A stretch of 64,000 bases of DNA from positions 576,001 through 640,000 of the forward strand of contig OY820579.1 of the NCBI GenBank assembly GCA_963681965.1. The letters run 5' to 3'. The position numbers and the translations under genes are program-made. Under the pieces are notes generated by a model. The model was given only the letters and a program-made list of their open reading frames with translations, was not told the origin of the DNA and searched no databases. The DNA comes from a bacterium (GTDB lineage: Bacteria; Electryoneota; JAOADG01). Shown here piece after piece: positions 39,004 through 48,503 of the stretch (within the stretch, counting starts at the first letter, position 1; each line of letters begins with the position of its first letter).

Positions 39004-41799
39004 CTACTCGCCCAGCGACGCGAGATGCTCCTGCTGCAAGGCAATCTGCTCGATCAGGCGGTCGCGGGCATCCACAATCACCTGCACCGCTTCCGGCTTT
39101 GCCTTACTGACGAAATTTTCATTCGCGAGTTGTGCATTCTTACCGGTAAGCTGTTTGTTCAAATCTTCGAGCTTCTTGCGTCCCTTCGCTCGTTCGGCGT
39201 CAAGATCCACCAATCCCGCCAGCGGAATATAGACCGCAGTCGGACCTTCCGGCAGAATAAACGATGACGACGATTCCGGTCGCGCCAGATTTTCACCAAT
39301 GGTGAGTTCCGCCAATCGCGCCGATTGCCGAATCACCGACTCCATCTCACGCAACTCATCGCGGACCTCCGCGGCAGCGGTCGAGCAAATTACCGGGAGC
39401 GGTGTCTTGTCGGTGAGACCCACCGATGCACGCACATTGCGAATGCCACGCACCAGATCCATCATCACCATGAATTTCTGCTCGAGCGACGGATCGCGTC
39501 GCGTTTCTTCGAGCTCCGGCCAATCCGACACCACCAACAGGGTTCGCATTCCGTGCGGACCCCGTTCCGCCGTCGGATGACGTTGCCACAACTCTTCGGT
39601 GATATGCGGCATATACGGATGCAGCAACCGCACAAAGGTATCGAGCACCGTGTTCAGAGTACTGCGCACTTCGTTTGCACTCTGCAATTCATCCGCTGTC
39701 GGTGTACGTCCTTCCTCGTTCGGTGCCACCGCTTTCAAGCGCGGTTTGATCAGTTCCAGATACCAATCGCAGAATTCTTTCCAGAAGAAATCATACAGCG
39801 CAAGAGCACCGTCGTGCATCCGGTATTCACCGATTGCCGCCGTCACTTCCTTGTTCACATACTGCAGCCGCGAAAGAATCCAGCGATCTTCCCGCGCCGA
39901 TGGCTGTGCCGGAAGCGATTGCGGAGTCGCTGTTTCCAGAGCAGTATAAGCAAACCGCACCGCATTCCAGATCTTATTCGCGAAATGCTTGCCCATCTCC
40001 ATCCGATCGGCACTCAGCTTAATATCCTGTCCCTGCGTTTCAAGCATCATCAGGGAGAAGCGCACCGCGTCGCTGCCGTACTGATCGATGAGATCGATCG
40101 GATCGATGCCGTTACCGAGCGATTTCGACATTCGGCGACCCTGTGTGTCAAGCACGGTGCCGTTGATATACACGGTCTGGAACGGACAATTTGTTTCCAC
40201 CGATTTCCCGTCGAGTTTCATGGTGCCGGTGTGGGGTTTGAATTTCTCACCCGCCATCACCATGCGCGCCACCCAGAAGAAAATGATTTCGCGTGCCGTC
40301 ACCAGCAGATCGCCGGGATACCATTTCTGTAAGTCGGGTGAATTCGTATCGGGCCAACCGAGCGTCGAGAACGGCCAGAGCTGCGACGAAAACCAGGTAT
40401 CGAGCACATCGGGATCCTGCTCGAGCGCATGGCTGCCGCACTTCGGGCAAGTCGTCGGATCTTCGCGATATGCGGCAATATGTCCGCAATCGGTACAAGT
40501 CCAAATCGGAATTCGGTGACCCCACCAGAGTTGGCGCGAAATACACCAGTCGCGCACTCCTTCGAGCCATCGTTCGTATGTCGTGCCGTAACGCGACGGC
40601 ACAAATTTCAGGCGACCTTCGCGATACGCTGCCAGTGCCGGTTGCGCGAGTGGCGCCATCTTCACGAACCACTGTTCGGAGAGATATGGCTCAATCACAT
40701 CGTCGGTACGATAGCAATGACCCACGGCATGGCGGTACGGCTCTTCTTTGATCAGCAATCCCTGCTCGGTCAAATCGGCAATGGCTACTTTCCGACAGGC
40801 GAACCGTTCGAGACCGCGATATTTTTCCGGTGCATTGTCATTCATCGTACCATCGGTGGCGATCACCACGAATGGTTCGAGACCGAATCGTTTACCGATT
40901 TCGAAGTCGTTGGCATCGTGTGCCGGCGTGATTTTCAAGCAGCCGGTACCGAAATCAAGCTCCACGGCAGAATCGCCAATCACCGGGATCAGACGGTCGG
41001 TCAACGGCAACTTCACCATCTTGCCGATATGTTGATTCCAGCGGGGGTCGTCGGGATGCACTGCCACCGCCATATCGCCGAACAGCGTTTCGGGGCGGGT
41101 TGTCGCCACCACCAGTTGACCACTGCCATCGGCGAGCGGATACGCGATATGCCAGAGGAACGAATCCTCGTCGCGATGTTCCACTTCATCGTCCGCAATC
41201 GCGCTGTGACAGGTCGGGCACCAGTTCACGATCCGGAGTCCGCGATAAATTAAATTTTCTTCATAGAGTGTACAGAACACTTCGCGCACCGCTTTCGCGA
41301 GCATATCGTCGAGCGTAAACCGCGTGCGCGACCAGTCGCAGGAGCAACCGAGGCGGCGCAACTGTTCGAGGATGCGTCCACCGTACAACTCTTTCCACTC
41401 CCAGACTTTCTTGATGAAATCTTCGCGTCCCAGCTCGTGTCGATTCGAGCCATTTTTCTTCAGTTCTTTTTCCACCACGGTTTGCGTAGCGATACCGGCG
41501 TGATCGGTACCGGGCAACCAGAGTGCATCGAAGCCCTGCATTCGTCGCATCCGGATCACTACATCCTGAATCGTGTTGTTCAGTGCGTGACCCATGTGCA
41601 GCGCACCGGTCACATTCGGCGGTGGAATCATGATGGCAAACGGCGGGCGACCGCGATCGCGCGCGATAAAGGCACCACTCTCTTCCCAAATCTTATACCA
41701 GTGCTGTTCCACCGATGCCGGTTCGTAGGCACCACTCGGTTTCTTTTCCACTGTGGGTTTCGCTGGATTTTCAGTCGGTTTTGACATTTTCTTTCTCAT
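39004..41799 (-). CDS. valS: Valine--tRNA ligase
   Basis: PPPNVTGALHMGH, DHAGIATQ, DWCISRQLWWGH, RMSKS and a C-terminal coiled coil. Confidence 0.97.
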   Translation of the reverse strand: MRKKMSKPTENPAKPTVEKKPSGAYEPASVEQHWYKIWEESGAFIARDRGRPPFAIMIPPPNVTGALHMGHALNNTIQDVVIRMRRMQGFDALWLPGTDHAGIATQTVVEKELKKNGSNRHELGREDFIKKVWEWKELYGGRILEQLRRLGCSCDWSRTRFTLDDMLAKAVREVFCTLYEENLIYRGLRIVNWCPTCHSAIADDEVEHRDEDSFLWHIAYPLADGSGQLVVATTRPETLFGDMAVAVHPDDPRWNQHIGKMVKLPLTDRLIPVIGDSAVELDFGTGCLKITPAHDANDFEIGKRFGLEPFVVIATDGTMNDNAPEKYRGLERFACRKVAIADLTEQGLLIKEEPYRHAVGHCYRTDDVIEPYLSEQWFVKMAPLAQPALAAYREGRLKFVPSRYGTTYERWLEGVRDWCISRQLWWGHRIPIWTCTDCGHIAAYREDPTTCPKCGSHALEQDPDVLDTWFSSQLWPFSTLGWPDTNSPDLQKWYPGDLLVTAREIIFFWVARMVMAGEKFKPHTGTMKLDGKSVETNCPFQTVYINGTVLDTQGRRMSKSLGNGIDPIDLIDQYGSDAVRFSLMMLETQGQDIKLSADRMEMGKHFANKIWNAVRFAYTALETATPQSLPAQPSAREDRWILSRLQYVNKEVTAAIGEYRMHDGALALYDFFWKEFCDWYLELIKPRLKAVAPNEEGRTPTADELQSANEVRSTLNTVLDTFVRLLHPYMPHITEELWQRHPTAERGPHGMRTLLVVSDWPELEETRRDPSLEQKFMVMMDLVRGIRNVRASVGLTDKTPLPVICSTAAAEVRDELREMESVIRQSARLAELTIGENLARPESSSSFILPEGPTAVYIPLAGLVDLDAERAKGRKKLEDLNKQLTGKNAQLANENFVSKAKPEAVQVIVDARDRLIEQIALQQEHLASLGE

Positions 41800-41804
41800 T
41801 TCAT

Positions 41805-41867
41805 AAAATAAAAAAATCGGGGCGATTGCCCCGATTCAGACTCGTTGGTGGTGTCGAAGTCAGGGCG
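41805..41867 (-). promoter_or_regulatory. Putative attenuator (antiterminator/terminator) in the valS leader
   Basis: Terminator AATCGGGGC-aatc-GCCCCGATT plus a T tract just before valS. The upstream GCCCTGACTT can pair alternatively with AATCGGGGC. Confidence 0.7.
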
Positions 41868-41869
41868 TG

Positions 41870-41929
41870 TCAATTCGGCGGTGTTACGACCGCACTTTCG
41901 ATAACGCTACTAACAGGCGACAATTGCAT
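41870..41929 (-). CDS. Putative valS leader peptide MQLSPVSSVIESAVVTPPN
   Basis: 19 codons with 4 Val, including tandem GTC GTA; purine-rich AAGGGTGGAAG upstream of the ATG. Confidence 0.65.
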   Translation of the reverse strand: MQLSPVSSVIESAVVTPPN

Positions 41930-42257
41930 GCTTCCACCCTTCAATTGATTAACGGCACCAATATAATATGATCCCGTCTCAAAACAAAAATATTCGCGAA
42001 ATACACAAAGGCGGTCTCTTCGAAAAGAAACCGCCCGCTAACCATTGTTCTCAACTTGACAAACACGAAAATCTCATTACATCGGATCGAACCTCATCAC
42101 CACTTACCCATCCCGAGTTCTTATTATGCAGAGCGCGTGCCATCTCTTATCGTTTCACAATACATTGTAATAATTGGACATAAAATGTGCCCTACGCAGA
42201 AAATGCAGGCGTATTCGCGCAAAGATTGCGTAAAAGATGCAGACTTTTCGCGATTGG

Positions 42258-43775
42258 TTACCGTGAAAATTCGGTCAGGCTGGTGGTGAGTAAGAAATTG
42301 GTCAAGCGGGGATTATGGATGCCATACGAACCGTCGCGGGAGAGGAATTGGTAGATCCAGCGCGCCTCACGGTACGCAATACTAGCGGTGTCGGATAATG
42401 ACTGGTGTTGTTGTATCCTAGTGGCAAGGGAGTCCAGTTTCATGCGTACCGATTGTTGCGATTGTGCGATGAAATCCAACCCACTACCCGGATGACAAAA
42501 CTCGCAGGCTTGGGATGTAACTTGGAAACTGTGATCGCTCCTCGCAGATACCCCTTGTTGCCACGGTTCGCGATAAAGATGACAAATCGCGCAACTGCCG
42601 CCCAAATTACCATGCTCACCGGAAAGCGGTGCGGTGCTATCCGAGCCGTATACAATCGCAGTCAAATTATGCGTCAGCAGATCCGCTTGTGGATGTATGG
42701 GCAAGTGATCTGAGTTGAGCGGTAAATCGATATTCGGTTGATGACAGCGCTGGCAAAGCAAATCGGGTGTCAGACGCAGCATTTTATAAGTCGGGTGCCG
42801 GGGATGCGCCGAATGGCAAACCGCACACCCGATTATGACGGGTTCAGATTCGGCGCTATTCCAGAACGCAACCGAATCGCCGTTTAAACGCTTGATCGCT
42901 TGGCTGGTTTGATGGCAACCGGCACAGCGATTGGGATCGGAAGATGCCAAAATCTCGGCACGAATGAGTGTCGATTTGCGGTTATGGGTCTGGGTATCGA
43001 TGGATGTCATCGGATGTTGCGAAATGAGCGGTAAAGTCCGATGACAGCGGATACACTGCTGTTGCGCGGCAACGTTATCGCGAAAACCATTGATCGACAA
43101 ATGCTGCGAACCACCATAACCGTAGCGTTCCGATGGACCATGACACGCTTCGCATTGAATGCCATTCATTCGGTCGGTGAAAACTTCATCGGCACCACCA
43201 TTAGCCAGTATCGTATCGTATCCGGTGGTATGACATTGACGACAAACGGCATTGACCGTCGATACCGTTAAAGATGCATGTGCCGTTCCCGACCAAGCCA
43301 CCGCAAATGCGTTGTGGCACTGGATGCAACCGTTGTCCGTTCCCCGATATTGGGGATGATCGACAGCGATATATCCGGCAATTTTCTCTTCAAGCGCCCC
43401 AGAAACCGACCAATCCGATCCATATGCAACGCACTGGATCCGAAGTGAAATCATGTGTACCGATGAGTCCGGTATGACAATCGTCAAGCGGTTCGTAATG
43501 ATCGATAAATGAGTTGTATCGATCGATTTCCACTCACCGGCAGCGTCGCCTGCCAAGAATTGCCAAACATAGATCACACTATCATTCGGCGCATTTTTAA
43601 CTACTGCATCAATCGTGTCGATCGATCCGGAAATGAAAATGCCACGATGTGTTTTGTGCAATTCCAGCGAAATAGGGGCATCGGTATGCGATTTATCGCA
43701 ACCGGTGAATATAACGGTCAGATAACTGAGAACTATGAAGAGAAGTGGCAACCGATAATATGAGTTGATTGACAT
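42258..43775 (-). CDS. Multiheme cytochrome c lipoprotein (9 CxxCH)
   Basis: Lipobox FTGC; CIQCH, CRQCH, CEACH, CIRCH, CAGCH, CAVCH, CQRCH, CAICH, CEFCH; C-terminal DGSYGIHNP. Confidence 0.88.
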   Translation of the reverse strand: MSINSYYRLPLLFIVLSYLTVIFTGCDKSHTDAPISLELHKTHRGIFISGSIDTIDAVVKNAPNDSVIYVWQFLAGDAAGEWKSIDTTHLSIITNRLTIVIPDSSVHMISLRIQCVAYGSDWSVSGALEEKIAGYIAVDHPQYRGTDNGCIQCHNAFAVAWSGTAHASLTVSTVNAVCRQCHTTGYDTILANGGADEVFTDRMNGIQCEACHGPSERYGYGGSQHLSINGFRDNVAAQQQCIRCHRTLPLISQHPMTSIDTQTHNRKSTLIRAEILASSDPNRCAGCHQTSQAIKRLNGDSVAFWNSAESEPVIIGCAVCHSAHPRHPTYKMLRLTPDLLCQRCHQPNIDLPLNSDHLPIHPQADLLTHNLTAIVYGSDSTAPLSGEHGNLGGSCAICHLYREPWQQGVSARSDHSFQVTSQACEFCHPGSGLDFIAQSQQSVRMKLDSLATRIQQHQSLSDTASIAYREARWIYQFLSRDGSYGIHNPRLTNFLLTTSLTEFSR

Positions 43776-43897
43776 ATTTCATCTATATTTCGACGATTTG
43801 TTAACAAAGTTAATACACAATTCATAGCTTTGGTACTCGGGTTGGAATTTTCAAGATTTTTTTCCATTTTCTAGACGACAACCATCGAGGAGCAACC

Positions 43898-44356
43898 ATG
43901 CCTAAGAAAATTACTAAATCTCCTGCTAAACCGTCTGTTTCCAGTTCATCCACCACCGATTTCAACGGTAATCTCCCGAAAACCAACTCGGTAATCACGC
44001 GTCACCTCTGTCTAAATCGAGATTTAGGTGTGGGCGGGAACCTGTTCGGCGGGGTGATGTTAAGCTGGATCGACGAGGCGGCTGGGATCTACGCCATGCT
44101 GGTAATTGGTTCCGAAATGATTGTGACTCGAGCATTTGAGCACGCCGAATTCCACCATCCCGTTCGTCTGGGCGATCTCGTCGAGTTTATTGCCGATGGC
44201 TACAAAATCGGTCGCACCAGTATCACCGTGAACCTCCGGGTAGTCATACTCGAAGTATCCACTGGGCACCGGATCGACACGCATTCGGTCGCTGTGACCA
44301 TGGTTCATGTCTCGCGCAGCGGTTTCCCGCTTGAAATCAAGAAAGTCGGCGTTTAA
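43898..44356 (+). CDS. Acyl-CoA thioesterase (hotdog fold, YciA-like)
   Basis: GNLFGG.MLSWIDEAA, F..PV.LGD and GRTSI. Confidence 0.88.
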   Translation: MPKKITKSPAKPSVSSSSTTDFNGNLPKTNSVITRHLCLNRDLGVGGNLFGGVMLSWIDEAAGIYAMLVIGSEMIVTRAFEHAEFHHPVRLGDLVEFIADGYKIGRTSITVNLRVVILEVSTGHRIDTHSVAVTMVHVSRSGFPLEIKKVGV

Positions 44357-44362
44357 CAACAA

Positions 44363-44475
44363 TCGTTTCTCTTGAAAATAAGTTATCATCGGTAGTAGGG
44401 GCGGACCCCCGCGTCCGCCCGCAGGTCAGGCGAAGCCTGACACCGAATCATGACAACTTATTTCAAGAGCCACTA
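44363..44475. mobile_element. MITE-like element, copy 2 (opposite orientation to copy 1)
   Basis: Near-identical to the reverse complement of 30091-30204. Confidence 0.85.
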
Positions 44476-44592
44476 GAGAAATTGCTTCACGTTACTCGGT
44501 GAGTACGTACTAGCAACAATTTGATCTCCCAAAGATTGCTGCGATTTTCCCGATTGCTCGCTTCGCAATTCCCGATAGCGTATCTTTTCACC

Positions 44593-45771
44593 ATGCTTGA
44601 TCCAACCCATCACAAACTTCAGGAACGCGTCAAGGAATTGACGGCGTTGCATCGTACTGCGCGCCTGCTTCAGGACGATTCGCAACCTCCGGAATTGCTG
44701 ATGCGCGAGATTGCGACGCTGTTACCTCCGGCATGGCAGTATCCCGAAGTGACGGAAGCGAGGATCCGGTTCGAGGATATCGATGTTGCAACACCGGGAT
44801 TTGTCATCACTCCTTGGCTTCAACGAGCGACATTTTTACCCCGGTTAGGCAATACCGGAACCATCGAAATCGTATACACCGCAGAACGTCCTCCCGAGGT
44901 GGAAGGGGTATTCCTAGCGGAAGAGCGCGACTTGATCGACTCGCTGGCGGAAATGCTCCGCGCCTATTTTCAGAAGAAGCTTGCCGATCGGGAATTGCAG
45001 CAGGCACACGAAAACCTCGAACAACTCGTCGCTGCCCGAACCAGCGAGCTTCAGGCGACGAATGCCGAATTGGCGAAAGAAATCGAACGACATCAGTTGG
45101 CGAGAAAGCAGATCGAAGAGTATCAGGATCGCTTGCGTAAATTAGCCACCGAATTGACATTGGCGGAAGCGAAAGAACGACGCGAGTTGGCGGTCGATCT
45201 GCACGATCATATCTCACAAGAATTTGCGTTTATCAAGATGCGATTGCAGCAATTCAAAGGGGATGCAATCTTCTGCGGGTTCGAGAATAATCTTGATGAA
45301 ATTCTTTCGCTAGTCGACAAAGCGATCCAGTATACCCGCAAATTGACTTACGAAATCAGCTCACCGATTCTTTACGAACTGGGTCTATCGGCGGCGCTGG
45401 AGTGGTTGGCAGAACAATTCGAAAAAAAACATCAACTCAAAGTCGTCGTTACGCTGCACTCGCATCCACTCAATTTGTCCGAAGCCATACGAGTAATGTT
45501 ATTTAAATCGGTCAATGAGTTGTTAACGAATTGCGTTAAGTACGCTCAGGCAAGTAAGATCACGATCACTGTCGAACGGCGAATGGGTAAACTCGCCATT
45601 GTCGTCGCCGATGACGGTGTCGGCTTCGATACGAATAAACTGGAGTCGGTGGATACCGAGCGCGGCGGTTTCGGTCTGTTCAGCATTCGTGAGCGATTGC
45701 GGTACTTCGGTGGCGAAATGTCGATCGTCTCGATTTTGAATTGCGGTACAACGATTACAATCGCGATCTAA
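44593..45771 (+). CDS. Cytoplasmic HisKA_3 sensor kinase with N-terminal GAF-like domain
   Basis: ERRELAVDLHD, ELLTN.VKYA, DDGVGFD and GFGL.SIRER. Confidence 0.9.
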   Translation: MLDPTHHKLQERVKELTALHRTARLLQDDSQPPELLMREIATLLPPAWQYPEVTEARIRFEDIDVATPGFVITPWLQRATFLPRLGNTGTIEIVYTAERPPEVEGVFLAEERDLIDSLAEMLRAYFQKKLADRELQQAHENLEQLVAARTSELQATNAELAKEIERHQLARKQIEEYQDRLRKLATELTLAEAKERRELAVDLHDHISQEFAFIKMRLQQFKGDAIFCGFENNLDEILSLVDKAIQYTRKLTYEISSPILYELGLSAALEWLAEQFEKKHQLKVVVTLHSHPLNLSEAIRVMLFKSVNELLTNCVKYAQASKITITVERRMGKLAIVVADDGVGFDTNKLESVDTERGGFGLFSIRERLRYFGGEMSIVSILNCGTTITIAI

Positions 45772-45783
45772 CACGAGGATTTC

Positions 45784-46437
45784 ATGGCATCGATTCGATT
45801 ATTACTGGCTGACGATCACAAACTATTCCGGGCGGGATTGAAACAAATTCTCTCGCGACAGCCGGAACTACTGGTGGTTGGCGAAGCCGAGAATGGATTT
45901 CAAGCGGTCGAATTGGCAATGTCATTGAAGCCGGATCTGGTATTGATGGATATCTCGATGCCCGAATTGAACGGCATCGAAGCAACCCGGCGCATCCTCG
46001 AAACGAATCCTACCATCAAAATTGTGATTCTATCGATGCACTCCGACCGCCGGTATATTTCCGAAGCGTTGCGGGTCGGCGCAAAAGGATATTTACTCAA
46101 AGACTCGGCGCCGGAAGAGTTGAATCTCGCACTCCACAAGGCGATGCAGAATCAATTTTATCTATCGTCAAAAATTAACGAGCAGGTGATCACCGATTTC
46201 ATCCGGTTATCCGACGCCAATGCCGAAACGGCATTCAGTACTCTGAGTGCACGCGAGCGCGAAGTGCTGCAACAGCTTGCCGAAGGAAAATCGACCAAGC
46301 AAATTGCCGATAAGTTGTTCGTCAGCGTGAAGACCGTCGAGACGCATCGCATGCACATTATGGATAAATTGAATATTCACACCATTGCCGAATTGACCCG
46401 CTACGCGATTCGCGAAGGGTTGACACCACTAGAGTAA
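45784..46437 (+). CDS. NarL/LuxR family response regulator
   Basis: LADDH, MDISMP, LSAREREVL and SVKTVETHR. Confidence 0.94.
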   Translation: MASIRLLLADDHKLFRAGLKQILSRQPELLVVGEAENGFQAVELAMSLKPDLVLMDISMPELNGIEATRRILETNPTIKIVILSMHSDRRYISEALRVGAKGYLLKDSAPEELNLALHKAMQNQFYLSSKINEQVITDFIRLSDANAETAFSTLSAREREVLQQLAEGKSTKQIADKLFVSVKTVETHRMHIMDKLNIHTIAELTRYAIREGLTPLE

Positions 46438-46448
46438 GGAGATTCAAT

Positions 46449-46889
46449 ATGTCGACATTAACCGATAAACAGTCGTTTCTTGCCGGAAAGCGCTTTGCCG
46501 TCGTCGGAATTTCTACCGGTAGAGGATTTGGAAACAGTGTCTATCGCGATTTAACCGCAAAAGGATACACGATGTATCCCGTCAGTATCAGTGCAACGAC
46601 AATTGAAGGCGTTCAGTGCTACAAAAAACTGTCGGATATTACCGAACCGATCGATGGTGTCATCACGGTCGTACCACCGGCGGCAACCGAGCAAATCGTT
46701 CAGGAATGCATTGCACTTGGGATCAAGAAAATATGGATGCAAGTCGGATCGGAATCAAAAACCGCAATCGCGACAGCGCAGGCAAACGGTATCACCGTGA
46801 TCAGCGATCACTGCATCATGATGTATGCACAACCATCCTTCCCCCATAATTTTCACGGCTGGATTGCGAAAATGACCGGTAAATATTAG
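46449..46889 (+). CDS. CoA-binding protein (YccU-like)
   Basis: FAVVG.S, YPV, IWMQ.G and CIMM. Confidence 0.85.
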   Translation: MSTLTDKQSFLAGKRFAVVGISTGRGFGNSVYRDLTAKGYTMYPVSISATTIEGVQCYKKLSDITEPIDGVITVVPPAATEQIVQECIALGIKKIWMQVGSESKTAIATAQANGITVISDHCIMMYAQPSFPHNFHGWIAKMTGKY

Positions 46890-46919
46890 GCGTTAGATAA
46901 GCTCCCCCCGTACCCCTTT

Positions 46920-46946
46920 CCCGACTTCTTATTGAAGTCGGGTTTG
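46920..46946 (+). terminator. Hairpin terminator
   Basis: CCCGACTTC-ttatt-GAAGTCGGG-TTTG. Confidence 0.65.
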
Positions 46947-47033
46947 TTGTATCAGTTATTCCCTACTGAAAATCAGGATTCTCCCGATACCCCTTTTTAC
47001 ACACATCCACTACTTTGGTAACGGTAGTAAACT

Positions 47034-47146
47034 AAGAGGTTCTTGAAAATAAGTTGTCATGATTCGGTGTCAGGCTTCGCCTAACCTGCGGGCGGACGCG
47101 GGGGTCCGCCCCTACTACCGATAACAACTTATTTCAAGAGATACTA
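47034..47146. mobile_element. MITE-like element, copy 3
   Basis: Near-identical to 30091-30204; ends 32 bp before the amtB start codon. Confidence 0.85.
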
Positions 47147-47178
47147 TTACTCTGTTTCCCATTCCAAGAGGTTTCACT

Positions 47179-48405
47179 ATGGTCAATTTCGATACCGGCA
47201 ACACCGGGTTTATGCTCGTTGCCACCAGTCTCGTCATGCTCATGACACCGGGACTGGCGTTCTTTTATGGCGGTCTGGTCGGACGCAAAAACGTGCTGAC
47301 GATCATGATCCAGAGTTTCGTCTCGATGGGCGTCACCACAATTATCTGGTGGGCATTCGGTTATTCACTCTGCTTCAGCGGTGGCGAAGGGGGGATTATT
47401 GGCAATCTGGATAAAGCCTTCATGATCGGAGTTACCCTCAATACACCCTCGCCATTCGGTTCCGGCAATATTCCCGAATTCGTGTTTATGGCATATCAGA
47501 TGATGTTCGCAATCATCACCCCGGCACTGATCACCGGTGCATTTTCGAATCGTGTCCGGTTCGGTGCGTATCTGGCATTTTTAGTCGCATGGTTGGTATT
47601 TGTCTATTTCCCGTTCGTACACATGGTTTGGGGTAATGGCTTGCTTGCCAAGTTGGGCGTTCTAGATTTCGCCGGCGGTATCGTTGTGCACAACATCGCC
47701 GGTATGGCGGCTCTTGCTTCGGTGCTTTACGTCGGTCGCCGGAAAGTCGGCGATGCCATTCCTCATAGTATTCCTTTGGTCGCTTTGGGAACTGGTTTAC
47801 TCTGGTTCGGTTGGTACGGTTTCAATGCCGGTAGCGAATTGAAAGTCGATGCCGTCACCGGATTGGCGTTTTTGAATACCGATATCGCCGCATCGTTCGC
47901 CGGTCCAACCTGGTTGTTGCTGGCTTGGATTTTCGAAAAGAAGCCAAAGTTCCTCGGCTTGTTAACAGGTGCAGTCGCCGGTCTTGCAACGATCACACCT
48001 TGCGCTGGTTATGTCACGCCCACTAGCGCGGTACTCATTGGTATCATCGCCGGTGCCGTCTGTTATATGGCGGTCAATCTGAAGAATCGTCTCGGCTGGG
48101 ACGACGCGCTTGACGTCTGGGGTGTACACGGTGTTGGTGGAATGATTGGTATTATTCTGCTCGGTATCATGGCGGATAAAGCGGTGAATGCTAGCGGTGC
48201 TAACGGTCTGCTGAACGGCGACTCGCACTTTTTTATGGTGCAGTTGATGGCGGTCGTAGTCTCGTCGATTTACGCGTTCGGCTTTACTTACTTGATGCTG
48301 GCGGTTATCAATCTCTTTACCCGGGTACGAACTTCGGAAGGGGAAGAAGAGAAGGGTCTCGACCAATCGTTGCATGGCGAAACCGCCTACACCGAAGGGG
48401 TTTAA
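47179..48405 (+). CDS. amtB: Ammonium transporter
   Basis: MTPGLAFFYGG, DFAGGIVVH, WFGWYGFNAGS and DDALDVWGVHG. Confidence 0.96.
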   Translation: MVNFDTGNTGFMLVATSLVMLMTPGLAFFYGGLVGRKNVLTIMIQSFVSMGVTTIIWWAFGYSLCFSGGEGGIIGNLDKAFMIGVTLNTPSPFGSGNIPEFVFMAYQMMFAIITPALITGAFSNRVRFGAYLAFLVAWLVFVYFPFVHMVWGNGLLAKLGVLDFAGGIVVHNIAGMAALASVLYVGRRKVGDAIPHSIPLVALGTGLLWFGWYGFNAGSELKVDAVTGLAFLNTDIAASFAGPTWLLLAWIFEKKPKFLGLLTGAVAGLATITPCAGYVTPTSAVLIGIIAGAVCYMAVNLKNRLGWDDALDVWGVHGVGGMIGIILLGIMADKAVNASGANGLLNGDSHFFMVQLMAVVVSSIYAFGFTYLMLAVINLFTRVRTSEGEEEKGLDQSLHGETAYTEGV

Positions 48406-48428
48406 CTCCTTTCTAAATTATTCGATCG

Positions 48429-48459
48429 ATGGAGGCTGTACTATGCAGCCTCCATTTTA
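48429..48459 (+). terminator. Hairpin terminator after amtB
   Basis: ATGGAGGCTG..CAGCCTCCAT-TTT. Confidence 0.7.
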
Positions 48460-48503
48460 TTGGAACATCATTTTTCAAGCTGACTTTATCTCGGAGTTAC
48501 TTT

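Noticed and set aside
41800-42000. T-box riboswitch upstream of valS
   Set aside because: No AGGGTGGNACCGCG T-box adjoins the terminator. AAGGGTGGAAGC lies about 95 nt upstream of the terminator hairpin and fits better as the RBS of the leader ORF.
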